This document shows, piece by piece, positions 37,062 to 47,342 of a stretch of 64,000 nt of DNA. The DNA is from Trueperaceae bacterium (GTDB lineage Bacteria; Deinococcota; Deinococci; Deinococcales; Trueperaceae), in assembly GCA_965213925.1 (NCBI GenBank), contig OZ243927.1, forward strand, positions 1,536,001 to 1,600,000. The letters run 5' to 3'. The translations under genes and the position numbers were made by a program. A model generated the notes under the pieces. The model did not search any database and was not told the origin of the DNA. It saw only the letters and a list, made by a program, of their open reading frames with translations. Every line of letters starts with the position of its first letter. Within the stretch, counting starts at the first letter, position 1.

Positions 37062-39183
37062 CGCACTTCGACATCGACTTCGACGCGCAAAAAGATAAAA
37101 GCATCGCGACCATCTACCTAGACGGACCCGAAAAGGTCAACAAGCTCTCCACAGCGGCGATGCGCGAGTTTGGCGAGGTGTTGGACAGGCTCGAGCAAGA
37201 GCGCGACATCCGAGCCGCCGTGCTGTACAGCCGCAAAAAAGACTCCTTCATCGTCGGCGCGGACATCGAAGAGTTTAGAGAGTTCCAAACGCCCGAAGAG
37301 GTCAAAAGGCTCATCGAAGAGGGACACGATCTCTTCAACCGTTTAGAAAATCTGAGCAAACCTGTCGTGGCGGCGGTGCACGGTCCAGCAGTGGGGGGCG
37401 GCTTAGAACTCATCCTCGCCTGCTCGTACCGCCTCGCCTCGGAGCACGAGAAGACGAAGTTCGCTCTGCCCGAAGTCAACCTGGGGCTCTTGCCGGGGCT
37501 CGGCGGCTGTCAGCGGTTGCCGCGACTAGTCGGAGTGCAGAAGGGGCTCGAGCTGATCCTCACCGGCAAAAACATCTACGCCAAGCCTGCTAGAAAGATG
37601 GGCTTAGTAGACGCCCTTATACACCCGCAGGGTCTCCTCCGCGCTGCGAAAGAGGCGGCGCAAGGGCTTCTTCTAGGTAAGCTGACACCCAGGCGTAACT
37701 CGCAAGGCTGGCGTGACAAGCTCTTGGAGCGTACTCCGCTCAGTAGAATTGTCTACCGACAAGCCGAAGAGAACGTCCAAAAGCGCACGCGCGGTAACTA
37801 TCCCGCCCCGCCCAAAATCATCGAAACGGTGCGCACCGGGCAGGAAAAAGGAATGAAAGCGGGGCTCCAAGCCGAAGCGGACAACTTCGCCGAACTCGTC
37901 TTCACGTCCGAGTCCAAGGCTTTAGTTCACCTCTTCTTCGCTAAAAATGCCTCGGAGAAGAACCCGTATAAGGACGACGCTAAGCATATTCAAAAGGTTG
38001 GCGTGTTGGGCGCAGGGCTGATGGGCGCGGGCATCGCGCAGGTGAGCGCGGAGGGCGAGCACGAGGTTCTCTTGAAAGACCAAAATTTCGAGATGGCGGC
38101 GAAGGGCAAGGGAACGATCTGGAAAGACCTCTCGAAGCGCGTCGGCAAGGGACGGAGCGAATTCGAGCGCGACCTCATCTCTGAGCGCGTCACGCCTGTG
38201 GAGGATTACGACTTGTTCGACCGGGTTGACCTGGTCATCGAAGCGGTCTTGGAAGATGTCGATCTCAAGCAAAAGGTTCTGAGTGAAGTCGAAGAGGTCG
38301 CGAAAGAAGACCTCGTCTTTGCGACGAATACCTCTTCGATTCCGATCAAAGAGGTGGCTGCAAAAGCGAAACGTCCTGAACAAGTCGTAGGAATGCACTA
38401 CTTTTCTCCCGTACAGAAGTTGCCTCTTTTAGAAATCGTCAAGACCGACAAGACGCCCGATTGGGTTTTGGGAACAGCGTTTCAGGCAGGGTTGGAGCAA
38501 GGCAAAACCGTCGTCGTCGTGGGCGACGCGCCCGGCTTCTACACCACGCGCATCCTCTCGCTCTTCATGAATGAGGCGTTGGTCATGTTAGAAGAGGGCG
38601 GCGACATCCAAGAGATTGACAAGGCGATGAAGGACTTTGGCTTCCCCGTCGGTCCGATTAAACTTTTAGATGAGGTCGGTATCGACGTCGGCGCGAAGAT
38701 CAACGAGGTCATGCGTCCCTTTTTGGAAGAGCGCGGTGTCAACCTGAGTTCTAAAGGTAAAGATGTCGTCGAGGCGGGCTACAAAGGACGCAAAAATAAG
38801 CAGGGTTTTTACAAGTACGAAGAGGGCAAGAAGAGCAAAGAGGTCAACGAGGAGATTTACAAATTCTTTGGCGGTTCGGGGCGCAAGCAGTTCGGCAAAG
38901 AGACTGTACAAGAACGCTTGTCTCTGGTGATGATCAACGAGGCGGTGCGCTGTCTGGAAGAAGAGGTGCTTTGCGTTCGCCTCGAGATGGCGATGTGGGC
39001 GCGGTCTTCGGTCTCGGCTTTCCGCCCTTTTTGGGTGGACCTTTTTGGTACTTGGACCGCACCGGGTTGGGTGAAGCGGTGATGAGGCTCGAGAAGTTGG
39101 AGCAACAGCACGGTGTCCGCTTTAAGCCCGCATCACTACTCAAGGATTACGCGCAAGGAGGTCAGCACTTTTACGATGCGTGA
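37058..39183 (+). CDS. fadJ: Fatty-acid oxidation multifunctional alpha subunit (FadJ), frameshift near 38970
   Basis: Enoyl-CoA hydratase (GGGLE, PEVNLG) plus 3-hydroxyacyl-CoA dehydrogenase (GAGLMG, TNTSSI, MHYFSP). The C-terminus RSPRDGDVGAVFGLGFPPF continues in ORF 38971..39183. Confidence 0.88.
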
Positions 39184-39220
39184 GGGCGTGAGTTACTCCC
39201 GGGCTCGAGACCACGAGTAG

Positions 39221-39249
39221 CAAGGGGTTGTACAGCCCCTTGGTTTTTT
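39221..39249 (+). terminator. Intrinsic terminator after fadJ
   Basis: CAAGGGGTTG-TA-CAGCCCCTTG followed by a T-run. Confidence 0.7.
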
Positions 39250-39339
39250 GGCGCTTTTTCACACCCCCGTTGTGGACTTTTTGCTTTCCCGCCTGCCCCC
39301 ATCCTTCTTAATATGGAGGTAGCTAACGGGAGGACGCTT

Positions 39340-39540
39340 ATGAGCATCTGGGGAAACCTCAATTTGGACACAGCCTACACCATCAACCTCTACCGCAAGG
39401 ACGACGTGTACAGCCGCAAGCCTTATAAAAAGGTCTTGGTCTTCGCCCGCGATTTCGCAGAAGCGCTAGAAATCGCTAGGCACGAGGCGGCGTCGTTTAG
39501 ACTCACCCCTCGCCAGCCTGACGCGCTGAGATTCAACTAA
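39340..39540 (+). CDS. Small hypothetical protein (66 aa)
   Basis: GGGAGG RBS before ATG 39340; protein-like composition. Confidence 0.6.
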   Translation: MSIWGNLNLDTAYTINLYRKDDVYSRKPYKKVLVFARDFAEALEIARHEAASFRLTPRQPDALRFN

Positions 39541-39543
39541 ACT

Positions 39544-40743
39544 CTAAGATTTTAGTAGCAGCGTCGCCACTGCCACCATCAAGAGCCCGACGACTGCCGC
39601 CACAAAAAAGACCGCCGCGCCGCCAAATGCGCTGTAGACCCCTGCCATGAGCAGGGGTCCTGTCGTTTCGCCCACGCGCTTGACCATCGTCTGAAAAGCG
39701 ACGAGCGCACCCCTATAGCCACTCGGCGCGGCGTCGGTCAGGAGCGTTTGCGAGTTAGGCAAGTGGAGCGCGTGCGCGATGCCGAGCATCGCAACGGGTA
39801 CAAAGGTCCACAAAGCGCTGCCGAAAAGAGGAAGCGTCACCATCGTCAAGGCGCTGAGTGCGAACGCAACCTTAATGAGCAGCCTCGGCGAGGTCTGCTC
39901 CGTGAGTTTGCCGATGAACGTCGTCCCGAGCGAATAACTCGCCGCCCACACCGAAATCGCAATCCCCGCGAGGAGCGCGGACGCGCCGTACGTATTCTCT
40001 AGGTAGAGCGGTAAGTAGGTAAAAAGCGCCCCAACCACCGCGATGTTGTCGCCGATTGTCAAGATAAAGAGCCCGATGACCTCGCGGTGACGGGTAACCT
40101 CTTCGACGCCTCGGAGGTAGTGGCTGAGCTTCTGCTTATTTTTAGGCTCGGGGATTTTCAGAAAGGGAATGAGCAGCAGCCCAACCGGAACGGCGGCAGC
40201 GGGAATTAAGAAGGGATAGTTCCAGCCGATGAGCGCGAGTGCGCCGCCCAACGCCGGGTAGAGCGTCGTGCCGAAGCCGTTGACCGTTGCGTTGTAGCCC
40301 ATCGACTTGCTGCGCGAGACCCCTTCGTAGAGGTCGCCTATAATCGTGATGTTCGTCGAGAGCAGCGCCGCGCCGCCGATGCCCTGGATAAAGCGCAGGG
40401 CGAGCAAGAGGTTGAAGTTGTCCGCGAAGAAACACGCGCCGCCCGCGAGCCCGAAGACGAGGAGCGAGGCGACTAAGACCCGCTTGCGTCCGTGCCTATC
40501 GGCGAAAACGCCCAAGAGAGGTGTGAGGACGATGGCGGGCAAGGTATACGCCGTAACGATTAAGCTGACCGCGCCCGCCGAGACGCCGAGCTGCTCCACG
40601 ACGTTAGGGAAAGCGGGGGTGATGGCGGTGACGCTCGAGGTCACCACCAGCGTCGCTGCAAAAACGAGCAATAAGTTTTGGTCTCTGAGAAGTATTTTGG
40701 ATGGTAAGTTCGGCGTGCGTTCTTCTTGGCTCAGTGGTGCCAT
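39544..40743 (-). CDS. MFS transporter (DHA1-like)
   Basis: Motif A GVFADRHGRKR, LRFIQG, about 12 TM helices; start set at MAPLSQ. Confidence 0.88.
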   Translation of the reverse strand: MAPLSQEERTPNLPSKILLRDQNLLLVFAATLVVTSSVTAITPAFPNVVEQLGVSAGAVSLIVTAYTLPAIVLTPLLGVFADRHGRKRVLVASLLVFGLAGGACFFADNFNLLLALRFIQGIGGAALLSTNITIIGDLYEGVSRSKSMGYNATVNGFGTTLYPALGGALALIGWNYPFLIPAAAVPVGLLLIPFLKIPEPKNKQKLSHYLRGVEEVTRHREVIGLFILTIGDNIAVVGALFTYLPLYLENTYGASALLAGIAISVWAASYSLGTTFIGKLTEQTSPRLLIKVAFALSALTMVTLPLFGSALWTFVPVAMLGIAHALHLPNSQTLLTDAAPSGYRGALVAFQTMVKRVGETTGPLLMAGVYSAFGGAAVFFVAAVVGLLMVAVATLLLKS

Positions 40744-40965
40744 AAAAAGCCCCCTTGGACTTGTTTCGTACAGTTTTGTTGTACAGGATGGTGCAGCTTG
40801 CTTAGCTGCGAGCAAGTAGGGTAACAAGCTATAGGGAGAGGTGTGTCGGCTTGGCGACATCGTTTTGAGTCGCCTTGTAAGAGGTCAAAAGAGGAATTTT
40901 TGGAGGGGTGGCTCGAGGTTTTGAAGAAATGGGTTCACCATGTCTCTAACTGGAAAGCAGCACGC

Positions 40966-41421
40966 TTACAAATCAAGAATCTTGGCAAAATGCTCGAAAT
41001 TCTTAGCAACAAGCCTGTGCTCGGCGGAGCCTACCGAGTCAAGCCAGTAGTTTGCTACAACTACAGGGTTGTGCAAGTCTAAACGGTAATCAAGGAAGAA
41101 ACCTTCTTCGTTGTGATTCACAACGATATTCACAGCTAAGCCAGTATCTAAAAGTTTGGTCTTACTGAAAAGACTTTCATCTTTTTCGGAGTAAACGAAA
41201 CTATAAATTTCAGCCATTTTTTGGTCGGAAGAAAGTTCGCGGCAAGCCTGCGTTTCACGTTCCATATCTTGAGGTTGCATGAAGCTCAAACTTTCTGGTC
41301 TTTCAAATGGAGCAAGCTGGGTAAGAATTGAGCTATTAGCGGGACGCTTCCACCTTCCGGCTTCTAACAATTCAACTAAATATTCTGGAAGCGTTAAGTT
41401 GTTTATTACAATAGATGTCAT
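40966..41421 (-). CDS. SMI1/KNR4 (SUKH)-like protein
   Basis: LTLPEYLVELL, FFLDYR...NPVVV, VAKNFEHF. Strongly AT-rich. Confidence 0.6.
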   Translation of the reverse strand: MTSIVINNLTLPEYLVELLEAGRWKRPANSSILTQLAPFERPESLSFMQPQDMERETQACRELSSDQKMAEIYSFVYSEKDESLFSKTKLLDTGLAVNIVVNHNEEGFFLDYRLDLHNPVVVANYWLDSVGSAEHRLVAKNFEHFAKILDL

Positions 41422-41549
41422 ATGTAGAAATAATTTAGCGAAATAACCTTTAGCCACTAACTATTGAGATAAGTTGTTTGAACAAGGTTTAGAAAACAAG
41501 TAGTGCGCCGCAGTTGTCACTGCAGCGCATCTAAAACCTCTTGCTTCCC

Positions 41550-42644
41550 TTACTCCTCTTTATCCTCTTCCTCGGTAGGCCACACTGGATTCTTCGTAAA
41601 GACAATCGGGTCAACCTCATCAAACCCAATCTCCGCTTCGTACTTGCCGATCTTCCGGTAAAGCCGCTTTACATCACCTTCGATAAGCCCGTAGTCGAAG
41701 GTGTCCCAGAGGGCGGACTGCTGCATGTTGCCGTCCGTCGTGGGGACGAGACGGGTACGTTTGATGCCAGCCTCGAGCGTCTTACGGCTCTCCACCCCTA
41801 AGTTTCTAAAGACGACTTGCACCACGTCTCGAGCATATTCACGCGGACCGTAGACGCCGCCCCGGTAGACCGCCTCGAAAAAGGCGTCCCAGTCGGGGAC
41901 GAGTTTGGAAGCGGGCATGGTGAAGTGCTCCAGCACGTCCTTAATCGCCTCTAGGGTGCGCTGCGGATAGTAGTACATGAAGAGCCGCACGCCCTCTAAG
42001 AAGAAGTTATAGTGCGCCGCTTCGTCCACGGCGATGGTCTGCGCGACTTTGGTGAGCACGGGGTCGGCGTCGTTCTTGTGCTGCTCTTTGTCCGACTTGC
42101 CCTGCGCAATCTTCATCGCGTTGAGGTAGTTGAGCTGCGTGGCGCGTTCCTGAAAGACGGTGTAGACGAGGTTGCGCAGCGGGTCGTCCCAGGGCTCGTG
42201 CCACTCCTTTAAGCGGAGGTCGTACTTGTACTCTTCCAACCACTGCGGGCTGCGGCTGCGCGAGAAGAGCACGGCGTTCTCCCAGGTGTCGGCGTGCTTC
42301 TCCTCTTCGGAGCCCCAACGCATCTGAAAGTGGCTGCGCCCGTGGCTGCGGCGCACCATGTTCAAAATCTTCTCGGTGAAGTCGGGCGCGTACTGCTCGA
42401 CAGCAAAGAACCCTTGAAGAATCTGCACCATCGGCTCGGAGAGGTCGTGACGCATCTTGCGCCATTCGAAGGAGCGGTCCGCGTTCCAGTTGCGCGTCTC
42501 TTGGCTGCGGGCGGTGTACCAGCGGTAGAGCCCTAAAAAGCCGCGCTCGATGAGGCGGTCACGCTCCATGCGCGAGAGCAGGTTGGGTTGGGTGCGCGGC
42601 TTGTCGTCGTCCCAAAGGTAAGATGGCGGTACGGTGATGTCCAT
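41550..42644 (-). CDS. Acyl-ACP desaturase (ferritin-like diiron)
   Basis: WGSEEEKHA, FQERAT, DEAAHY, FTMP. Confidence 0.85.
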   Translation of the reverse strand: MDITVPPSYLWDDDKPRTQPNLLSRMERDRLIERGFLGLYRWYTARSQETRNWNADRSFEWRKMRHDLSEPMVQILQGFFAVEQYAPDFTEKILNMVRRSHGRSHFQMRWGSEEEKHADTWENAVLFSRSRSPQWLEEYKYDLRLKEWHEPWDDPLRNLVYTVFQERATQLNYLNAMKIAQGKSDKEQHKNDADPVLTKVAQTIAVDEAAHYNFFLEGVRLFMYYYPQRTLEAIKDVLEHFTMPASKLVPDWDAFFEAVYRGGVYGPREYARDVVQVVFRNLGVESRKTLEAGIKRTRLVPTTDGNMQQSALWDTFDYGLIEGDVKRLYRKIGKYEAEIGFDEVDPIVFTKNPVWPTEEEDKEE

Positions 42645-42942
42645 GAAGATGCTCCTAGCTACTGATTCGCAGTTTGTCGGGGTACATGTCCTTTGTTGGG
42701 ACACATGTCTAAAGAGGTAATCTCTACCAAAGTAGTGTAGTTTAACCCACATCGGCATGAAAAGTGGGGGGAATACCTTACACAAACCCGATCTTTAGGC
42801 ATTTATTTACGCAAAAACCAGTACATTCGTATGCGATTTTTAGTATGTCCGTAAGGTATTTGCAGCGAGCTAGCAAGAGGTGGTTTACAAGTCCTTTGCT
42901 CGAGCTTTTTCCAGGGATTGATGCTCGAGCCCCCACCAAAAC

Positions 42943-44044
42943 TCAAGCAGACCTCTCGTAAACTCGCCTAATTCTAGGTCCGAGCCGCGTGAGAAGTTCG
43001 TAGGAAATCGTGTCAACCATCCCCGCCAAGTCCTCCGCGTTTTGCCCGTTCGGACCGAAAAGCGTCACGCTCTCACCTTGCTGAACGTCTAAGTCACCGA
43101 CATCAACCATAATCTGGTCCATACAGACGCGCCCCGCAAGAGGTCTTTTCTCACCCTGCACCGTGACGCAAAGCTGTCCGCTCAGGGCGCGGAAGAGCCC
43201 GTCGCCGTAACCTAAGCGAACCGTAGCGACTTTCGTATTGTATGACGCCGTCCAGGTCGCACCATAAGAAACGGACGTACCCGCTTTGACCTCTTTTACA
43301 AAGGTGATAGGTGCGGTGAGCGTCAAGGCGGGTTTGAGGTGAGGCTCGAGTTTCTCAATCACCGGGCTCGAGTGATACCCATAGACCGCAATCCCAGGGC
43401 GCACCAGATCGAAGTGAGCTTCAGGATAAGCGATGAGCCCGGCGGAGTTGGCAGTGTGTTTGAGAGGTATGGAGATGCTCTCGTGCTCGAGCTTTTCCAA
43501 CACCTCTCCATACTGCGCTATCTGCTGATTCGTGTACGCTCGCTCAGCTTCGTCGGCACAGGCAAAGTGGGTCCAGACTGCTTCCAACTCGACCTCTTTA
43601 GCAGCGTCAACCTCTTTCGCCAGTACCACAACCTCTTGCGGCGGCGGTCCTAAGCGCCCCATACCCGTGTCTACTTTGAGGTGGGCTCGAGCCTTCTTCC
43701 CGACCTCTTGCGCCGCCTTCGCTGCCGCTCGAAGACTTCTCTCGTCTACAATCGTCAAGGCGACATCCGCATCTACAAGGTCATTCACACCGTCATAAAC
43801 CGGAATGAAGATGAGGATATTCGCACTTACCCCGCACTGCGAAGCTCCAACGCCTCTTCCCGCGTCGCCACACCGAGCCACGTCACGCCGGATCTTCTCC
43901 AGATGCTTCGCCACCTCAACCGCGCCGTGACCGTAGGCATTCGCTTTGACAGCGGTCAACATGCGCGTTTCGGGTTTGTAGGTAGCTTTTGAGCCTCGAG
44001 AGGTTATGGCTGATGGCGCTGAGGTCAACGGTGGCAGTGGGCAT
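42943..44044 (-). pseudogene. alr: Alanine racemase with three apparent single-base indels in the 5' part
   Basis: AVKANAYGHG, HLKVDTGMGRLG, VRPGI, GRVCMD, ISYE. The true N-terminus MPTATVDLSAI and the segment GVTWLGVATREEALELR lie in other frames. Confidence 0.85.
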
Positions 44045-44152
44045 GGTGCTATTTTACCTCTTGCTCAAACGAAAAGAAGCAGGAAGGGGCGTCTCTCGTT
44101 CTCACGCCTTACTTCCTGCTCCTCCCGACGGCTTATCTGTCAGAAGTTTCGG

Positions 44153-45070
44153 CTAGTTGGAACCGAAAGCCGACTCGAGCGCCGCCCCCGCTGGCTCCCC
44201 GTCCGCTGTCGTCACGCCTTCGACCCACGTCATCACCGTATCCATATTCGCGGCAATCCACTCGTTCGCGACGGTGTCGGGGTCCATCTCTTGACGGCTG
44301 TACTGGTCGATCCAGGTGTTTTGCGTTTCGGGGTCCACTTTGAACTGGCTGAAAAAGGTCTCGAGGTTGGCGTTCTCTTCGGCGAATCCTGCGTTGAGTG
44401 CCGTCGCTACGAAACCGTCCTCACCCCATACGTTCTCGGGGTCATCCAAGTACGTGATGTCGTAGACGTTGTTCATCCAGTGCGGGCTCCACGCTAAAAA
44501 GGCGATAGGCTCTTCTCGCTCGATGGCGCGTCCGACAGCGGAGAGCATCCCCTCAGTCGAGCTTTCGACGATTTCGAAGTCGCTAAAGCCGTAGGTATCG
44601 TTCTCGATCATGTCTAAGATGATGGTGTTGCCGTCGTTGCCCGGCTCGATGCCGTAGAGTTCACTGTTGAACATCTCCGGGTTTTCAGCGACATCCGCGA
44701 GCGAACTGATGCCCTGCTCGGCGACGTAGGTTGGGACGGCAGGGCGGTAGATGGTCGGCGCTAAATTCTGCGCGGTGAGCGTGATGCTGCCGTCGCCCGC
44801 GTCGGCGGTGTAGGACTCGATCATCCCGTTCATGCTGGGTCGCCAGACGCCTAAGAACACGTCCAAGTCGCCCTCGGACACGCCTTGGAGGATGATGGGC
44901 ACGCTCAGAGATTCCGTGCTCGTGTCGTAACCAAGCGCATCTAAGATATTTGCGGCAACTTGCGTTTTGACGGTGACGCCGGGCCACTCGACGTAGCCGA
45001 AATCGACGCTTTGGGCTGCGCCGAATGAGAGAAGAAGCGTCGTTGCGAGGACTAAAAGGGATCGAATCAT
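44153..45070 (-). CDS. Glycine betaine/choline ABC transporter substrate-binding protein (ProX/OpuAC-like)
   Basis: Signal peptide; GDLDVFLGVW, YGIEPGN, WSPHWM. Confidence 0.88.
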   Translation of the reverse strand: MIRSLLVLATTLLLSFGAAQSVDFGYVEWPGVTVKTQVAANILDALGYDTSTESLSVPIILQGVSEGDLDVFLGVWRPSMNGMIESYTADAGDGSITLTAQNLAPTIYRPAVPTYVAEQGISSLADVAENPEMFNSELYGIEPGNDGNTIILDMIENDTYGFSDFEIVESSTEGMLSAVGRAIEREEPIAFLAWSPHWMNNVYDITYLDDPENVWGEDGFVATALNAGFAEENANLETFFSQFKVDPETQNTWIDQYSRQEMDPDTVANEWIAANMDTVMTWVEGVTTADGEPAGAALESAFGSN

Positions 45071-45355
45071 CGGGCTCTCCTTTACGAAGGTCACTCAAAA
45101 GATTGAGGGCTCGAGCGTCACGGCGTCTGTTATATCGTTGTGAGCCAGACGTGCATACGCAAGGTGCACGTGGCGCAAGCTCGAGGCACCTCTTCACTGT
45201 TCAACTGTTCGGACGCGGCACCGTGATACGTTAGAGTAACACGTAGCAGGCAAGCGTTGCGCAAGTGTTGCCAGAGTATTACAGCGAGAGTATTACAGCG
45301 GGTTGCAGCGGCTGAGCTGCAACCTTCTAAGCGCAGACCAAGGAGGCTCGAGCCC

Positions 45356-46222
45356 ATGTCTACTCAATCTAATCAAGCCTGGTGGGAAACCTGGTGGGAG
45401 CGCGGCGTGCCTATAGGCGATTGGGTCGAGACGGGCGTGGAGTCGCTCTCCTCGAACTTTCCGGGCGTGTTCGACGGTTTCAGTGCGGGGGTGTTATGGG
45501 TGGTTGAGGGGTTGATAGGAGGATTGGAATGGCTCCACTTCAGCGTCCTCATAGCCGCGTTCGCCGCGCTCGCTTTCTGGCTGAGCGGCTGGCGCACTGC
45601 GCTTTTTAGTGTGTTGGGGCTACTTCTCATTGTGAATATCGACCTGTGGGAATCGTTTGTCAGCACGCTCGCGCTCGTTGTCGCCGCCGAAGTTTTCGTT
45701 GTGCTCTTAGGGTTGCCGCTAGGTATTCTAGCGGGCACGAGTACGATAGTTGAGCGCCTCACCAAGCCTGTCTTAGACTTTATGCAGACCATGCCCGCGT
45801 TCGTCTATCTAATTCCCTCCATCGTTTTTTTTGGCATCGGCATCGTACCGGGTATCGTCTCCACCGTGATCTTTGCCTTGCCCCCGCTCATTCGTCTAAC
45901 CAGTTTAGGCATCCAACAGGTTCCCCACGACCTCATCGAAGCGTCTAAGGCGTTCGGCTCGACGAAGCGGCAGATGCTCTTTAAGGTGCAGATTCCCACG
46001 GCGACGCCGAGCATCTTGGCGGGGCTCAACCAGTCGATCATGTTAGGGCTTTCGATGGTCGTCATCGCGGCTTTGGTCGGCGCGAGTGGGTTAGGCTCGG
46101 AAGTCTTGCGCGGGGTGAATACGCTCGATATCAGCCTTGGGTTCGAGGCGGGCTTGGCGATTGTCATCATGGCGATTGTCTTAGACCGCATCACACAGGG
46201 CTTGGGTGGAAAGCGGCGTTAG
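45356..46222 (+). CDS. Glycine betaine ABC permease (ProW/OpuAB-like)
   Basis: LDFMQTMPAFVYLIP; EAA loop EASKAFG; GLNQSIMLGLSMVVI. Confidence 0.9.
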   Translation: MSTQSNQAWWETWWERGVPIGDWVETGVESLSSNFPGVFDGFSAGVLWVVEGLIGGLEWLHFSVLIAAFAALAFWLSGWRTALFSVLGLLLIVNIDLWESFVSTLALVVAAEVFVVLLGLPLGILAGTSTIVERLTKPVLDFMQTMPAFVYLIPSIVFFGIGIVPGIVSTVIFALPPLIRLTSLGIQQVPHDLIEASKAFGSTKRQMLFKVQIPTATPSILAGLNQSIMLGLSMVVIAALVGASGLGSEVLRGVNTLDISLGFEAGLAIVIMAIVLDRITQGLGGKRR

Positions 46223-46251
46223 GGACGCCCTGCGTCTGATAGTTTAGGAGT

Positions 46252-47103
46252 ATGGCAGCTCTACCCGCCTCATTCAGAAGTACCTTAGAAGATGTTCTAA
46301 AAACACCTCAGTCTCTCGTCCCACTTCTCTGCCTGCTCGTCACTTCGGTTGCGTGGACTGCGTTCAGCTCTTTCGGTTTCGGTGCTTACAGCGTCGGCGG
46401 GCTCTTCGCCGCGGGGTTCGCCGTCTCACTCCTGCGCGAATCACCAGATCGCGCCCTGCGCTACCTCGCTCTCGCCGCGTCCGTCGCCGTGCTCGGCGCT
46501 GCGCCCATCAACACGGATACGAGTAACGAACACGTCCTCATCTTAGGAACTGCTTTTCTTCTCGCCATCGTGCTACCAACGCTCATTCTCTGGCGACGTA
46601 AACCGCGTGTCATAACCTTTAAGCTCTTTCCCGACGAGTTCGATTGGGTGGAGGTCTTTTACACACTTCTAGCCATACCGCTCGCCTGGGGCGTCTTTCA
46701 GCTCTACTTCTTTGTGTGGAGTCCCGAAGTTCCTTTTAACTGGACGTTGCCACCCGAACCACAAACCGAACCTCTCTTGCGGCTGTTTCTAGGCATCAAC
46801 GCGGTAGGGATTTGGGACGAACTCTTCTTTATTAACATCTCTTACGCGATTATCCGCTCGCTCTTCCCGTACCTCACGGCGAACTTAGCGCAGAGCGTCA
46901 TCTACACGACGGTGCTCTGGACGATGGCGTTTAGGGGCGTCGGACCTCTTCTCGTTTACATTTTCGCCTTTACGCAAGGGGCGATGTATGAGCGCTCTAA
47001 GTCGCTCCTCTGGGTCTTGATCGTCCACCTCATCGTGGACTACTTCCTCTTCCAAGCGATTGTTAGCGCGTACTATCCAGATTTTGAGGTGTGGTGGCAT
47101 TGA
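46252..47103 (+). CDS. CPBP/Abi-family intramembrane metalloprotease-like protein
   Basis: WDELFF and SKSLLWVLIVHLIVD motifs; multiple TM helices. Confidence 0.75.
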   Translation: MAALPASFRSTLEDVLKTPQSLVPLLCLLVTSVAWTAFSSFGFGAYSVGGLFAAGFAVSLLRESPDRALRYLALAASVAVLGAAPINTDTSNEHVLILGTAFLLAIVLPTLILWRRKPRVITFKLFPDEFDWVEVFYTLLAIPLAWGVFQLYFFVWSPEVPFNWTLPPEPQTEPLLRLFLGINAVGIWDELFFINISYAIIRSLFPYLTANLAQSVIYTTVLWTMAFRGVGPLLVYIFAFTQGAMYERSKSLLWVLIVHLIVDYFLFQAIVSAYYPDFEVWWH

Positions 47104-47342
47104 CGCATCATCTAGTAGACCACGCTGGAAAAGCCACAGAAGGAGGCAAATACAGTAGGAGTACGTAGTTGACTACCGTATGAATCACCCCTACGCCGCG
47201 CACACCCTCACTAAGAATGATAATTGTGCAACATACAAAGAGGTTGAGCAATCTGCCTAGAAACGCTATCTGTCAATGTGGCATCACCAAAGTTTTCACA
47301 TTCAAAGATGATATCTGCGCCGTTCAAAGCCAGTTATGGTGC

